NCBI GenBank assembly: GCA_016934535.1
Contig: JAFGSQ010000007.1
Location: forward strand, 1 to 64,000
Length of the DNA stretch: 64,000 nucleotides
Direction: 5' to 3'
Origin: a candidate division WOR-3 bacterium
Lineage (GTDB): Bacteria > SDB-A
This document shows positions 10,624 to 21,300 of the stretch, one piece after another. Under the pieces are notes generated by a model, which worked only from the letters and a program-made list of their open reading frames with translations, was not told where the DNA came from and did not search any database. Both the position numbers and the translations under genes were made by a program. Positions within the stretch are counted from its first letter, which is position 1. Each line of letters opens with the position of its first letter.

Positions 10624-13113
10624 TCACATGTTTCTTATTGTTTTTTCGACATATTTTGTAATTTCAGAATAATGGATGTTTCGATCGAACAGCATTTTTT
10701 TCCCGAATTTGACTTTAATTTCTCCTCTGGCAGGAAAAAGTCTGCCTTTTGGGAGTACTTTGTCGGTTCCTTCGATTTTCACTGGCACTATTGGGGCTTC
10801 AAGGGCAACGGAAAAAAATCCTGTTCCTGCTTTGAATTTTTTGACCTTCGAGGTCCTTGTCCCTTCGGGGAATAAAATCACGCTGTAATTTTTGTCTAAC
10901 AGTTTGCCAATATATTCAAGATTATCTCTAACCGAGCCCTCTCTGGAAAACGGGAAAATGTTGTACGCCAGAACAGAATAAATGCGAAAAATTTTTCTTA
11001 AAAAGCCGCTTTTTTTGTCGAAGAAATAATCTTTTGCCCCGGCTGTCGCTGTTTTCATTTTTAGTTTATATCCAATCCCGTAAAATATGGCAGGTGTATC
11101 GAGGTGGCTGAGGTGGTTAGAGACAAAAATCACCGGTTCGTTCAAATTCCCGATGTGTTTTCGGCCTTCTATTTTAATTCTGAAATAGAATTTCAAAAAG
11201 AACTCACTCATGAGATTAAGTAATAAACCGATAAATCGCGCGGGTCTTGAGCGGTATCGTGATAATAAACCATTCCCGGTTTTTTCTTCGAAATTTCCTG
11301 CTTCGATTAAGTCTTTAAGCGTTTTAACCGTTGTTCCTTTTTTCAAAGAGCCTTCGTCAATGTTTAGATTGAATTCCTGCTCCAGAGCGCAAATAAATTC
11401 TAAAAAACGAAGCGAGTCCATACCTGTTTCAGACAAAACAGTTTCATCGGTTATTTTGCCTTCATTTCCCGACAATAAACGGGACAGGATCTCAGAAAAT
11501 CTGTCTTCAGCGGTGGGGGAAGGATCAGGCGGACCGCCTTCAGACACTTTTTCAATCAATTCCTTCCTTTTGATTTTCATGGAATATGTTCGAGGAATGT
11601 CAGCATAATTCATAGAAATCATTTTTTGAATTGTTTGATGAGGCATCAGCTTGGAATTCACGGATGTTTTTAAACCGATCAAGGAAGCGGAAAATCCTTC
11701 GGCGAATACTACTACGGCGGTAATTATCTGTTCGCCGCCGGATATCTGACCGAAAACACACGATTCCATGACTCCGTTTTCTTTATTGACAATGCTTTCT
11801 AAATCTTCTGGGAATACATTCATGCCGGACTGAGTCACTATCACATTGTTTTTACGGCCCGTTATATGAAGAAATCCTTCCTGATCGAAATATCCGAGAT
11901 CGTTTGTTTTGAACCAGGCTCCCTCAAAAGACAAACGGGTTTTTTCGGGATCGTTGAAATATCCGGAGAAAACATTGTCTCCTCTCACTAAAATCTCACC
12001 TGAAGTTATTATTTTTACTTTTATATCCGGCAAAGCCTTACCCACCGATCCGATTTTTTTTTCACCGGGTCTGTTGCACGATATTATTGGAGAGGCTTCT
12101 GTGATTCCGTATCCCTGTATGACTCTGACTCCGAGACGGTCCCAAAACATTTCAGTGCTCTCATCGAGAGGGGCTCCGCCGGATAAAAGCCATTCTAAAG
12201 ATCCGAATTTATCTGTAATGCTTCTGAAAATTATCTTTCTCATTGAACGGGGAAGTTTGTCGAATATTTTCATGATGGAAAAGAAAAGTTTTTTCTGCGA
12301 GTCGCTCTGTATTCTGTTTTCAATATTTTCTTTGAATATTTTCATGTAAGCTGGAACAGTCGCCATAGCTGTTACTTTTTCTTCGGTTAAAGCTTTTTGC
12401 AGAACAGAAGGTTTTATGGAATGTGTGAAAATTACCTTGCAACCAAGAAAAAAAGGTATCAGAGCACCGACATTTTGTTCGAAAAGGTGGCTCAAAGGCA
12501 ACATGGATAAAAATGTATTGCTTGCCGAAAACGGTACTGTTTCAATCATTGAGAGTACGTCGGAAGCCAGGTTTTTATTCGATATCATGACTCCTTTGGG
12601 CAGGGAAGTGGTTCCTGAAGTAAAAACGATTTCAAGTATGTCGGCAGGCAGAACAGGTAAGACGGGATTAAAATCGGAAAATCCCTTCAATGAAAAAATA
12701 TATTCGATAATCAGCGGTTTTAATCGGCTCAGTGAAAACAATTTTTTTCTTGAACAGAAAACAGTTTTTGCCTGGGTCAGTTTTGAAATTTTTAAAATAT
12801 AATTTTCATCCATTGAATGATCAAGAGGAACAATTATTATACCGGAAATCGAACAAGCGAAAAAAAGAGAAATCCACTGAGGGGAATTTTCCGCGCACAA
12901 AATGATTTTATCTCCCTTTTTATATCCAAGAGAATCAAGATAACCGGCAATTCTGAAAACCCGGCGGCGAATCTCGCCGTATGAAAACTCTTTTATTCTG
13001 TACTCTTTATAATGGACGTATGCGGTATTGCTCTCATGACGGCAGACCGAACAAAGGAACAGGTCGCGAATCGTATTGATATTTTTGTACGGATCGGTTA
13101 TCGATTGTCTCAA
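10624..13113 (-). CDS. Long-chain acyl-CoA/AMP synthetase - ACP - PlsC-type acyltransferase fusion
   Basis: FTSGTTSLPKG, QGYGITE, FKTNDLG (AMP-binding); GMDSL phosphopantetheine site; NHLSHLD and FPEGTR (acyltransferase). Confidence 0.92.
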   Translation of the reverse strand: MRQSITDPYKNINTIRDLFLCSVCRHESNTAYVHYKEYRIKEFSYGEIRRRVFRIAGYLDSLGYKKGDKIILCAENSPQWISLFFACSISGIIIVPLDHSMDENYILKISKLTQAKTVFCSRKKLFSLSRLKPLIIEYIFSLKGFSDFNPVLPVLPADILEIVFTSGTTSLPKGVMISNKNLASDVLSMIETVPFSASNTFLSMLPLSHLFEQNVGALIPFFLGCKVIFTHSIKPSVLQKALTEEKVTAMATVPAYMKIFKENIENRIQSDSQKKLFFSIMKIFDKLPRSMRKIIFRSITDKFGSLEWLLSGGAPLDESTEMFWDRLGVRVIQGYGITEASPIISCNRPGEKKIGSVGKALPDIKVKIITSGEILVRGDNVFSGYFNDPEKTRLSFEGAWFKTNDLGYFDQEGFLHITGRKNNVIVTQSGMNVFPEDLESIVNKENGVMESCVFGQISGGEQIITAVVVFAEGFSASLIGLKTSVNSKLMPHQTIQKMISMNYADIPRTYSMKIKRKELIEKVSEGGPPDPSPTAEDRFSEILSRLLSGNEGKITDETVLSETGMDSLRFLEFICALEQEFNLNIDEGSLKKGTTVKTLKDLIEAGNFEEKTGNGLLSRYRSRPARFIGLLLNLMSEFFLKFYFRIKIEGRKHIGNLNEPVIFVSNHLSHLDTPAIFYGIGYKLKMKTATAGAKDYFFDKKSGFLRKIFRIYSVLAYNIFPFSREGSVRDNLEYIGKLLDKNYSVILFPEGTRTSKVKKFKAGTGFFSVALEAPIVPVKIEGTDKVLPKGRLFPARGEIKVKFGKKMLFDRNIHYSEITKYVEKTIRNM

Positions 13114-13189
13114 TTAATTTGTCTCTGGTTGCAGCATTATCTGATTTTACTGTCAAGAAAGGCATAAGAAAAACGAAAAAGAGCTGATT

Positions 13190-13219
13190 TTGACAAAAAT
13201 CGGCAAAAGAAGCTATCAT
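13190..13219 (+). promoter_or_regulatory. Putative sigma70 promoter for the GAF/MsrC gene
   Basis: TTGACA (13190-13195), 18-nt spacer, TATCAT (13214-13219). Confidence 0.5.
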
Positions 13220-13242
13220 TGCTCAAAGAGAAGGAGAATATC

Positions 13243-13698
13243 ATGAGGGAAGATTTTTATTGCGCACTGGTGAAAATTGAAAAAATATTGTCTGAGGAAG
13301 CGACCAGGGACGAAAAACTGGAAGAAATATGCTGTCTTCTGTCGGAAACATTTCCGAATTACAATTGGGTGGGTTTTTACGTAGCTCAGAACGACAATTC
13401 ACTGAAATTGGGTCCTTTCAAAGGAGCGCCGACCGAACATAAAATGATTCCTTGTGGAAAAGGAGTGTGCGGTCGCGCAATCCAGGAAAAAAGAACACTA
13501 ATCATTGACAACGTGGATTTGGAAGAAAATTACCTTAGCTGCAGCTCATATGTTAAATCAGAAATAGTGGTGCCTGTTTACAAAGAAGGAATCATCGCGG
13601 CCGAGCTTGACATAGATTCTCATTCTGAAAAAGCTTTCGGCGGTGAAGACAAGGAATTTCTTGAAGCGGCAGCGCGAAGAATCAGCTCCGTATTCTGA
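13243..13698 (+). CDS. msrC: Stand-alone GAF protein, free methionine-(R)-sulfoxide reductase-like
   Basis: NWVGFY, LGPFKG, GKGVCG, YLSC, SEIVVP, LDIDS motifs; ATG 13243 follows an AAGGAG SD. Confidence 0.75.
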   Translation: MREDFYCALVKIEKILSEEATRDEKLEEICCLLSETFPNYNWVGFYVAQNDNSLKLGPFKGAPTEHKMIPCGKGVCGRAIQEKRTLIIDNVDLEENYLSCSSYVKSEIVVPVYKEGIIAAELDIDSHSEKAFGGEDKEFLEAAARRISSVF

Positions 13699-13723
13699 AA
13701 GGGGCCCGTTTAAGCAAAAAAAG

Positions 13724-13762
13724 AAAAAAAGCCGACGGCAAATATAACCGCCGGCTTTTTTT
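13724..13762. terminator. Bidirectional intrinsic terminator
   Basis: A7-GCCGACGG...CCGCCGGC-T7 hairpin between the convergent msrC-like and PFOR genes. Confidence 0.85.
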
Positions 13763-13771
13763 ATTATGAAA

Positions 13772-16700
13772 TCAGCAGACGTCGAGTCCTTCAAGTTTTT
13801 TATAGTAATTGTATCTGCGGGTCACGGCCTCCTGAGCTTTGTCGAGGAGCAATTTCGCCCGATCCGGCATTGTCGTTTTCAGTGAGCGGTATCTGTTTTC
13901 GTTGTATGCGTATTCTTCAAACGGAATTTTTATTTCTTTGGGGGCGTCAATTACAAGCGGGTTTTTCTTCTGATCGCAAAGGGAAGGATTGTATCTGTAT
14001 AAGATCCAGTAACCTGAATTGACTGCGTTCAATTGAGCTTGTCTCGCTTTCCTCATGTCAATTCCGTGGTTAATGCAGTGAGAATAAGCTATCACGAGCG
14101 AAGGACCGGGGTAGCTCTCGGCTTCAGTAACTGCTTTTATCGTCTGATTATAGTTGGCCAGCATCGCTACCTGAGCAACGTAAATGTAACCGTAGCTCAT
14201 CGCCAGAAGACCGAGATCCTTTTTGGGGAGAGGTTTCCCCGCCGCGGCGAATCTCGCCGTTGCGCCCAGAGGTGTTGCTTTTGACATCTGTCCGCCGGTG
14301 TTCGAATAAACTTCCGTGTCGAGAACCAAAACGTTGACGTTTCTTCCGCTGGCGAGAACGTGATCGAGACCGCCGTAACCTATATCGTATGCCCAGCCGT
14401 CACCACCGAAGATCCAGACGGATTTTTTTACGAAATAATCGAGAAGTCCGTAAAGCCTGTTGCTCCTGTCGTCGTCATATTCGGGGAGAAGCCTGCGGAG
14501 TTGCGAAATATAATCCCTTACCAATTCGATGCTAATCTGATTTTCCTGTTTTTCTTCAATAACGTTCTTGAGAATCTCCTTGAGTGAGTGGTTCTCTTTT
14601 ATCATGTCGCCGGCAAGTTCAAAAGCAGTCTCTCTGAGTTTGTCCGATGCGAGGAACATTCCGTATCCGAACTCTGCGTTGTCTTCGAAGAGCGAATTAC
14701 TCCAGGACGGGCCTCTTCCGTCGTTCCTGACTGTGTAAGGTGTGGTGGGCAAATTGCCTCCGTATATTGACGAACATCCGGTCGCGTTTGCTATAAGCGA
14801 TCTGTCTCCGTATAGCTGAGTGATAAGTTTTATGTAAGGAGTTTCTCCGCATCCGGCGCAAGCTCCGGAAAACTCGAACATCGTCGGAAGAAGCTGTGTG
14901 CCTTTTAGGGAACTTCTGTCAATGAATTTTTCGTCTGTTTCAGGTATGGAGAGGAAAAATTCGAAATTGGCTTTCTCCGCTTCTCTGTGTTTTATAAGTT
15001 TTTCAAATTCAATTGTCCTGTATTCCGTTCTGTTTCCTTTTTCGTCTTTACGTCTTCCGGGGCAACTTTCGATGCAAAGACCGCAACCGGTGCAGTCTTC
15101 GGGAGCAACCTGAACGGTCCAAAGCATGTCAGGAGACTGTTTGGACTGGACGCTTCTGAAAGACGAAGGGGCTTTGGCGGCTGAGCTCTTGTCGTACAGT
15201 TTGACCCTGATGGCGGCGTGAGGACAGACGAAAGAGCATGTAGCGCACTGCAGGCAGGAGGAAGGGTCCCAGATGGGGATGTCGACAGCGATATTTCTTT
15301 TTTCGTATTTGGTCGTTCCGCAGGGAAATGTTCCGTCGCAAGGCATTGCGCTGACCGGTACTTCATCACCTTTCATCTCGAATATTTTCATCGCTACTTT
15401 TTTAACATACTCCGGAGCTTCTTCAGGTATGTTGAAAGTCCTTTTTCTTGAAGAAGTGACTTTTCCGGGAATCTGGACTTCGAATATATTCTCTATAGCT
15501 GATTTGATCGCGCTGATATTCATTTCGACCACTTTTTCGCCTTTTGATCCGTAAGTTTTTTTTACGGTTTCTTCGATCGCGGCGATGAATTTTTCTCTCG
15601 GCAGAATCTTTGATATTTCGAAAAAAGCGGTCTGCATTATAGTGTTTATTCTTGTTCCGAGTCCGATTCTTTCTGCGAGGGAAATAGCGTCGATTGCATA
15701 AACCTTCAGATTTTTCTTTATTATGTCGGATTGCAGTTCTGAAGGGAGGGAATTCCAGACGTTGTCTTTATCGTAAGGAGTGTTGAGCAGCAAGACGCCA
15801 CCTTTTTTTATGCCCTGGGTGATGTCGTATTTGTCGAGAAATGAGGGATTGTGAACCGCAACGAAAGAAGGATTGTGAACCAGGTAATGGCTCAAAATCG
15901 GTTTTGGGCCGAATCTCAGATGACTCACGGTGACGGCCCCGGATTTTTTTGAGTCGTAAACGAAAAATCCCTGGGCGAAAAATGACGTGTTTTCTCCGAT
16001 TATTTTTATGCTGTTTTTGTTGGCTCCGACCGTACCGTCCGATCCTAGGCCGTAAAATTTGCCTTCGAAACCTTCATGTTCTATGGAAAAGTCGTGGTTG
16101 TAAAGCAAAGAGGTATTGGTCACGTCGTCTACTATTCCGACAGTGAAATGGTTTTTAGGTTTTGGTTCGGCAAGATTCTGAAAGATGCCCTTTACCATTG
16201 CTGGAGTGAATTCCTTGGAGCTTAAACCGTATCTTCCTCCGTATATTTTCGGTTTTGAAAATTTCATTTCACCGCTTTCAGAAAGCTCGCAAATCGCCGC
16301 CGAAACATCTGTGAAAAGCGGTTCGCCGACTGATCCGGGCTCTTTTGTCCTGTCGAGTACGGCTATGGATTTCACAGTGATGGGAAGAACGGATAAAAGA
16401 ATCTTTTTGTCAAAAGGTCTGTATAGTCTGACTTTTATCAGACCGACTCTTTCTTTTCTGTCTGAAAGATATTTGACGGTTTCTTCGGCGACATCCGCTC
16501 CGGATCCGGATATTACCAAAAGCCTTTCGGCTTCAGGATGGCCTATGTATTCAAACAGTTTGTACTGTCTCCCTGTGAGTTTGAAAAACTTGTCCATCGT
16601 ATCCTGAACTATTGAAGGGATTTTCGTGTAAAAGTGATTGACTGTTTCTCTTCCCTGAAAATAAACGTCCGGATTTTGCGAAGTGCCTTTTATGAAAGGT

Positions 16701-17338
16701 TTTTCGGGATTGAGAGCGTTTTTTCTGAAAGCGTCGACGTCTTTTTCGTCTATCATTTCTCTTATTACGGAAAAAGGGACTTCATCGACATTCTGGATCT
16801 CGTGAGAAGTTCTGAATCCGTCAAATATGTGAAGAAAAGGGACTCTGGATTTCAGCGAAGCTGATTGAGCAATTAGTGCCATGTCCATTGATTCCTGAGG
16901 GTTTGCAGAGAAAAGAAAAGCGTATCCCGAAGAACGGACCGCCATTACGTCGCTGTGATCGCCGAAAATCGAAAGCGCCTGACAGGAAACCGATCTCGCG
17001 GCTATGTGAAACACTGTCGGTAAAAGTTCTCCGGCAATTTTGAGCATGTTCGGGAACATGAGCAAAAGACCCTGCGAAGCCGTAAAAGTTGTCGTCAAGG
17101 CTCCGGCTGAAAGAGAACCGTGAATTGTGCCCGCTGCGCCTCCTTCGGACTGAAGTTCCGACACAACGGGAATATTTCCCCAAATATTTGTTTTCTTCTG
17201 AGCCGACCATTCGTCTGCAAGTTCACCCATGGTGGAAGAAGGAGTTATGGGATATATTGCTATAACTTCATTGGTAGCGTGAGCGATATACGCCGCGGCA
17301 GTGTTGCCGTCCATCATTACACTTTTTTTGTCCGACAT
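13772..17338 (-). CDS. nifJ: Pyruvate:ferredoxin (flavodoxin) oxidoreductase, homodimeric type
   Basis: YPITPS, GLGSDGTVGANKN, two ferredoxin CxxCxxCxxxCP motifs, GACAGCGETPY, GGDGWAYDIG TPP-binding motif; 1188 aa. Confidence 0.97.
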   Translation of the reverse strand: MSDKKSVMMDGNTAAAYIAHATNEVIAIYPITPSSTMGELADEWSAQKKTNIWGNIPVVSELQSEGGAAGTIHGSLSAGALTTTFTASQGLLLMFPNMLKIAGELLPTVFHIAARSVSCQALSIFGDHSDVMAVRSSGYAFLFSANPQESMDMALIAQSASLKSRVPFLHIFDGFRTSHEIQNVDEVPFSVIREMIDEKDVDAFRKNALNPEKPFIKGTSQNPDVYFQGRETVNHFYTKIPSIVQDTMDKFFKLTGRQYKLFEYIGHPEAERLLVISGSGADVAEETVKYLSDRKERVGLIKVRLYRPFDKKILLSVLPITVKSIAVLDRTKEPGSVGEPLFTDVSAAICELSESGEMKFSKPKIYGGRYGLSSKEFTPAMVKGIFQNLAEPKPKNHFTVGIVDDVTNTSLLYNHDFSIEHEGFEGKFYGLGSDGTVGANKNSIKIIGENTSFFAQGFFVYDSKKSGAVTVSHLRFGPKPILSHYLVHNPSFVAVHNPSFLDKYDITQGIKKGGVLLLNTPYDKDNVWNSLPSELQSDIIKKNLKVYAIDAISLAERIGLGTRINTIMQTAFFEISKILPREKFIAAIEETVKKTYGSKGEKVVEMNISAIKSAIENIFEVQIPGKVTSSRKRTFNIPEEAPEYVKKVAMKIFEMKGDEVPVSAMPCDGTFPCGTTKYEKRNIAVDIPIWDPSSCLQCATCSFVCPHAAIRVKLYDKSSAAKAPSSFRSVQSKQSPDMLWTVQVAPEDCTGCGLCIESCPGRRKDEKGNRTEYRTIEFEKLIKHREAEKANFEFFLSIPETDEKFIDRSSLKGTQLLPTMFEFSGACAGCGETPYIKLITQLYGDRSLIANATGCSSIYGGNLPTTPYTVRNDGRGPSWSNSLFEDNAEFGYGMFLASDKLRETAFELAGDMIKENHSLKEILKNVIEEKQENQISIELVRDYISQLRRLLPEYDDDRSNRLYGLLDYFVKKSVWIFGGDGWAYDIGYGGLDHVLASGRNVNVLVLDTEVYSNTGGQMSKATPLGATARFAAAGKPLPKKDLGLLAMSYGYIYVAQVAMLANYNQTIKAVTEAESYPGPSLVIAYSHCINHGIDMRKARQAQLNAVNSGYWILYRYNPSLCDQKKNPLVIDAPKEIKIPFEEYAYNENRYRSLKTTMPDRAKLLLDKAQEAVTRRYNYYKKLEGLDVC

Positions 17339-17532
17339 TGTTCCTCCGGAATGTAAATGTATTGAAAAGCAAATTATTACAATTTTATTTATTTTAACAC
17401 GAAAGAGAAATTATTCAATCGCATTAATTTTCATTTCACAGGCTTCAAGGCCAAAAATATCAAACTTGCCAATGAAAAGCATATCTGCTATAAAACCAAA
17501 GTCTGATAAATATTTTTCAAGAGATGGAGAAA

Positions 17533-18150
17533 ATGAGGTATATAGCAATTTTTTTATTTTCCGCGTTTACAGTTAACGCGGGTTCAAGTCCTTTTTCGGA
17601 TGTAGATCTCAGTGTGAAGAGTTATTACGGCATAATCGGGATCGGATATTCGAGATCGTATTATCAAGATGATTTTAAAACCGGCATTGACAATGAAAAA
17701 TCTTTGCTAGGCTTGAACAATTACGGCCTTTCCGGTAAGGCAGGTATTTACATTCCATGGCTGAACAGGAACACTACAATCGGTTTAATGGCGAATATTT
17801 CATACGACAGGTATTATGAAAGCAGAGCATTCGGAAACGGAGCCAAGTCTGAGGTGCTGTCAGGGACTTTCGGAATTGATTTGGCTGTTTATCCTCTTTC
17901 CGCTGCCGGCAAAGGTCCTTATTTGCATGTATTGAACGGATTTTCGAAAATAAAATACAACACGGATTTCGGATACGATGGTTTTTCACCTTACGGATAC
18001 GGATTGACTGTTGGAACTGGAATCGGAATTCCCTGGAGCGTATCTTATCCCGAACACTTGAATTTATCCATAGATTTTGATTACAGAAAAGCCGGAGACA
18101 AGAGTCTGAAAACATTGAATTTCTATGTCAGCGTAGGCGGTTTTTTTTAA
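17533..18150 (+). CDS. Putative outer-membrane beta-barrel protein
   Basis: Signal peptide, Gly/aromatic-rich beta-strands, C-terminal Phe; ATG 17533 follows GGAG. Confidence 0.6.
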   Translation: MRYIAIFLFSAFTVNAGSSPFSDVDLSVKSYYGIIGIGYSRSYYQDDFKTGIDNEKSLLGLNNYGLSGKAGIYIPWLNRNTTIGLMANISYDRYYESRAFGNGAKSEVLSGTFGIDLAVYPLSAAGKGPYLHVLNGFSKIKYNTDFGYDGFSPYGYGLTVGTGIGIPWSVSYPEHLNLSIDFDYRKAGDKSLKTLNFYVSVGGFF

Positions 18151-18303
18151 CAGAGGACAAGATTAATATTTTTCCGTTTTGTACCGAAGCTTTCTTTTTT
18201 CTGCGCCGTGCGCGGTTTGACTGAAAACGTTTCCCAGGGTTCCTTGTTTTGACTTTCCGTATGCGAAGTAATAATATGGGTTTATTTAAAATCGGGAGTT
18301 TTA

Positions 18304-21300
18304 ATGCCGAGAAAGAAACAAACAGAAAAGAAAATAATAGCAGAGCAAAAACCCGCGGAAGCAGAGATAAAAGTCTCGGATTTTATAAAAAGCGGTAAAA
18401 AAATCCTTCTCATCACGGGAGAAGAGGGGTCTGGAAAGTCTTTTCTGTTGGACCGATTTTTCAAAGAAAGCAACTGCGCCGGCACAAGTGAAAAAGTTTT
18501 CAGATACGATATCGACAACCTGCGTAAATTATCCAATCCTTTGGATTTTTTGGAATTTTTTGCCGACAGCCTTGATTCAGCTTTTGAACTGAAAGGTTTT
18601 GACCGAGGAAACACAATATACGAAAAAACGCAGAAGATACAGGACCGCTTCAACGCGATTAACAGCTTTCATAATCCTGAAAGAATTCTGCTCGTTATAG
18701 ACGGTGCGGAAAAGTATTCTGAAATAACAAAATTCATTCCCTGTCCCTGCGACTGGTTCAGATTCATCATATCTTCGAGGAAAAACGAACTGCTGAAATT
18801 CTGGGCCTGCAAATGGAGTGAAAATGATTTCCTGGAAATAGACTTGGGAAAAGGCGATTGTTCGCAGATTCTTGAAAAAATGGATCCTGAAACGAAAAAT
18901 TTTATAAAAAACAGCATCTCGAAAGCAGAAGAGATTTCGCCGTCGGATATGATCATCGCTTGTGCCGCTTTTGAGATGTCGGGAGACAGCCAAAAATCAT
19001 TTGACGCAGAATCATACTGCATGAAGATATGCGAACATCTGCGCTTGAAAGAGGCGGAGACTGTAGAGGCGAAGGTAATTTTGTCTCTTTCCGCCTGTGG
19101 ATTCCCCGTGAGGGGAAAAGATCTTTCTGCTTTGACCGGGATAGCGGTAAATACGGCATTAAAAAAGCCGAAAGGTTTGGGCAGGCTCATAAAAACAGGT
19201 CTTGACAAAAAAGGGGAATTGCTCGTTGAAATCGCAAACCGAAAGTTCTCCGAGTTCGTCAGAGTGGAATTCTCCTGTCAAATTGGAAAAATTGAATCGA
19301 AAATCGTCGGTTTTTTGTCTGAAAAAGCCAAGCCGATAGATTTGGATTTTCGCGAGTTCTGCTTAAAATTCAGAGCGTGCACTATATCAAATGATTTTGT
19401 AACGGGGAAAGGATTCGAACTTGAAACGCTGAAAGCGTTTGCATGGGACATGTATTATGAAACTTCAGACTTATCGATACCTCTTGGATTGATATCAAAA
19501 GCCGTTGAATACAATCTCGGCAAGAACCCCAGAAATGAACTCTGTGAAAGCAATTTGGTGTCTCTGTTCCTGTATTCCGAGGAGCTTTTCAATTCCAAAA
19601 ACACGGAAAAAGAAAACGAGTCATCTGTTTTTACTCAATTTCTGAAAGAAGGAGTGAGTGAAGTACAAACAGCTCTTTCAAAAATGTCTAAATTGGACGA
19701 TTTGGCCTATTACAGCTATACGGTCCTGCTGACCCTGTCGCTGGTTCTTGCGCGAGGAAAGAGAAAAGAAAATACCGATGTGACATTGGGATCATTGTTC
19801 GAGGATGTTTTCATCAGACTGTCGGAAGGCACCGGAGACTGGAGATTCTATTTTTCAGATAAATTCATGGCTTACTGGGCTTCATTCATACTTCTGGTCC
19901 ATTCTTCAGATGACGTGTGGAAATTTTTGACAATAGGAGCGATTGATAAAAATGAAAAAGACAGGATCGCCCTTCGAGTAATTGACGAGATGATTTCCTC
20001 AAAAGACGCAGAAGGAGCTCTCGTCTTGACGAAGAAAATAAACGACTCTGAAGAGAAAGCACAGAAATATTCCGAGATAGCTCTGATTCTGGCGAATTCG
20101 GAAGACCCTTCCAAAGCGCTCAGGATTTTGATGTCGACAGGTGATATAAAAAGCAGAGCTTCAATTCTTTCTCTGGTTTCCAAAAAAATAGCTTCTGTAG
20201 GTCAAATTGACGAAGCCATATCCATAGCAGAAAGTATTGACGATAAGGACGAAAAATATTCGGCGATGTCATTCGCCGCGGTTTCTTACGCGGAAAAAAT
20301 GAAAGATTCCCGGGAAGACAACTCGGTTTTGAACAAGGCTCTGCGGATAAGCGAAAAAATTGAAGACGTCTATCTTAAAAACAAGACAATTGCGGATATT
20401 GCGATAAAGGTTTCGTCGGCCAGGCTTGAAGAAGGACTTTCCATTCTAGATAGAATTGCATCGGATGATCACGAAATGAGATCGTTCGCACTTTCCGAAA
20501 TTTCAAAAGAACTGTCGGAAAAAAACATGAATGATAAAGCAGAGGATGTCGCCAACATCATGCCTGACAACATATACAAATCCAGCGCTTTGGCTTTTCT
20601 TGCAAAAAGGCTTTATCAAAAAGGTTCGAAGGAAAAAGCGTACGAAATCGCCGACAAAATTCCTTTTTTCAGTTACAAATTTCAGACGCTTTTTCAAATG
20701 TCCAAGGATTCAAGCAAGACGGAAGACAAATATGACGCAATCCCTCCTCCGCCCGAAGATGAGGAGGCGGAAAAAAGGGAAGCAGGTGAAAAATTTAAAG
20801 AAGCTCTGATTAAAGGAGACGTAAAAACCGCATTGGAAATACTTGATTGCCTGATCGAGCAAATTGAAAAAATCGGTCTTCTGCTTAAAACTGTCCGTTC
20901 CGGAGAAGAACTCAGTGATTCGCGAAAAAGAGCCGTTTTTTATGATTCTGTGATTGAAGCTCTCAAGAAGATGAATCTCGATCCGAGTGCGCACATGAGG
21001 GTGATGTCACTGATCGCCTGCGGCATGGCTAAAACAGGTGATGTAGAAAAAGCTTTGGTCCGGATGGCGGGCGACCTCGTCAAGAAAAGTTTTTCAGAGG
21101 AAACTTTTGCGACAGCGGAATTGCTGAATGATATATCAGGCCATCTTGTCAAGTCGATGAATCAGACGATGACGTATCAATACATAGAAAAACCCGACGA
21201 ATTCAACGACAAAGCGAGACTTCTCGGATCTATAGTAAAAATGTTCATAGAAAATTCTGACATCGGCTCCGCGATCGCCATATCGGAAAGTATATCCGAG

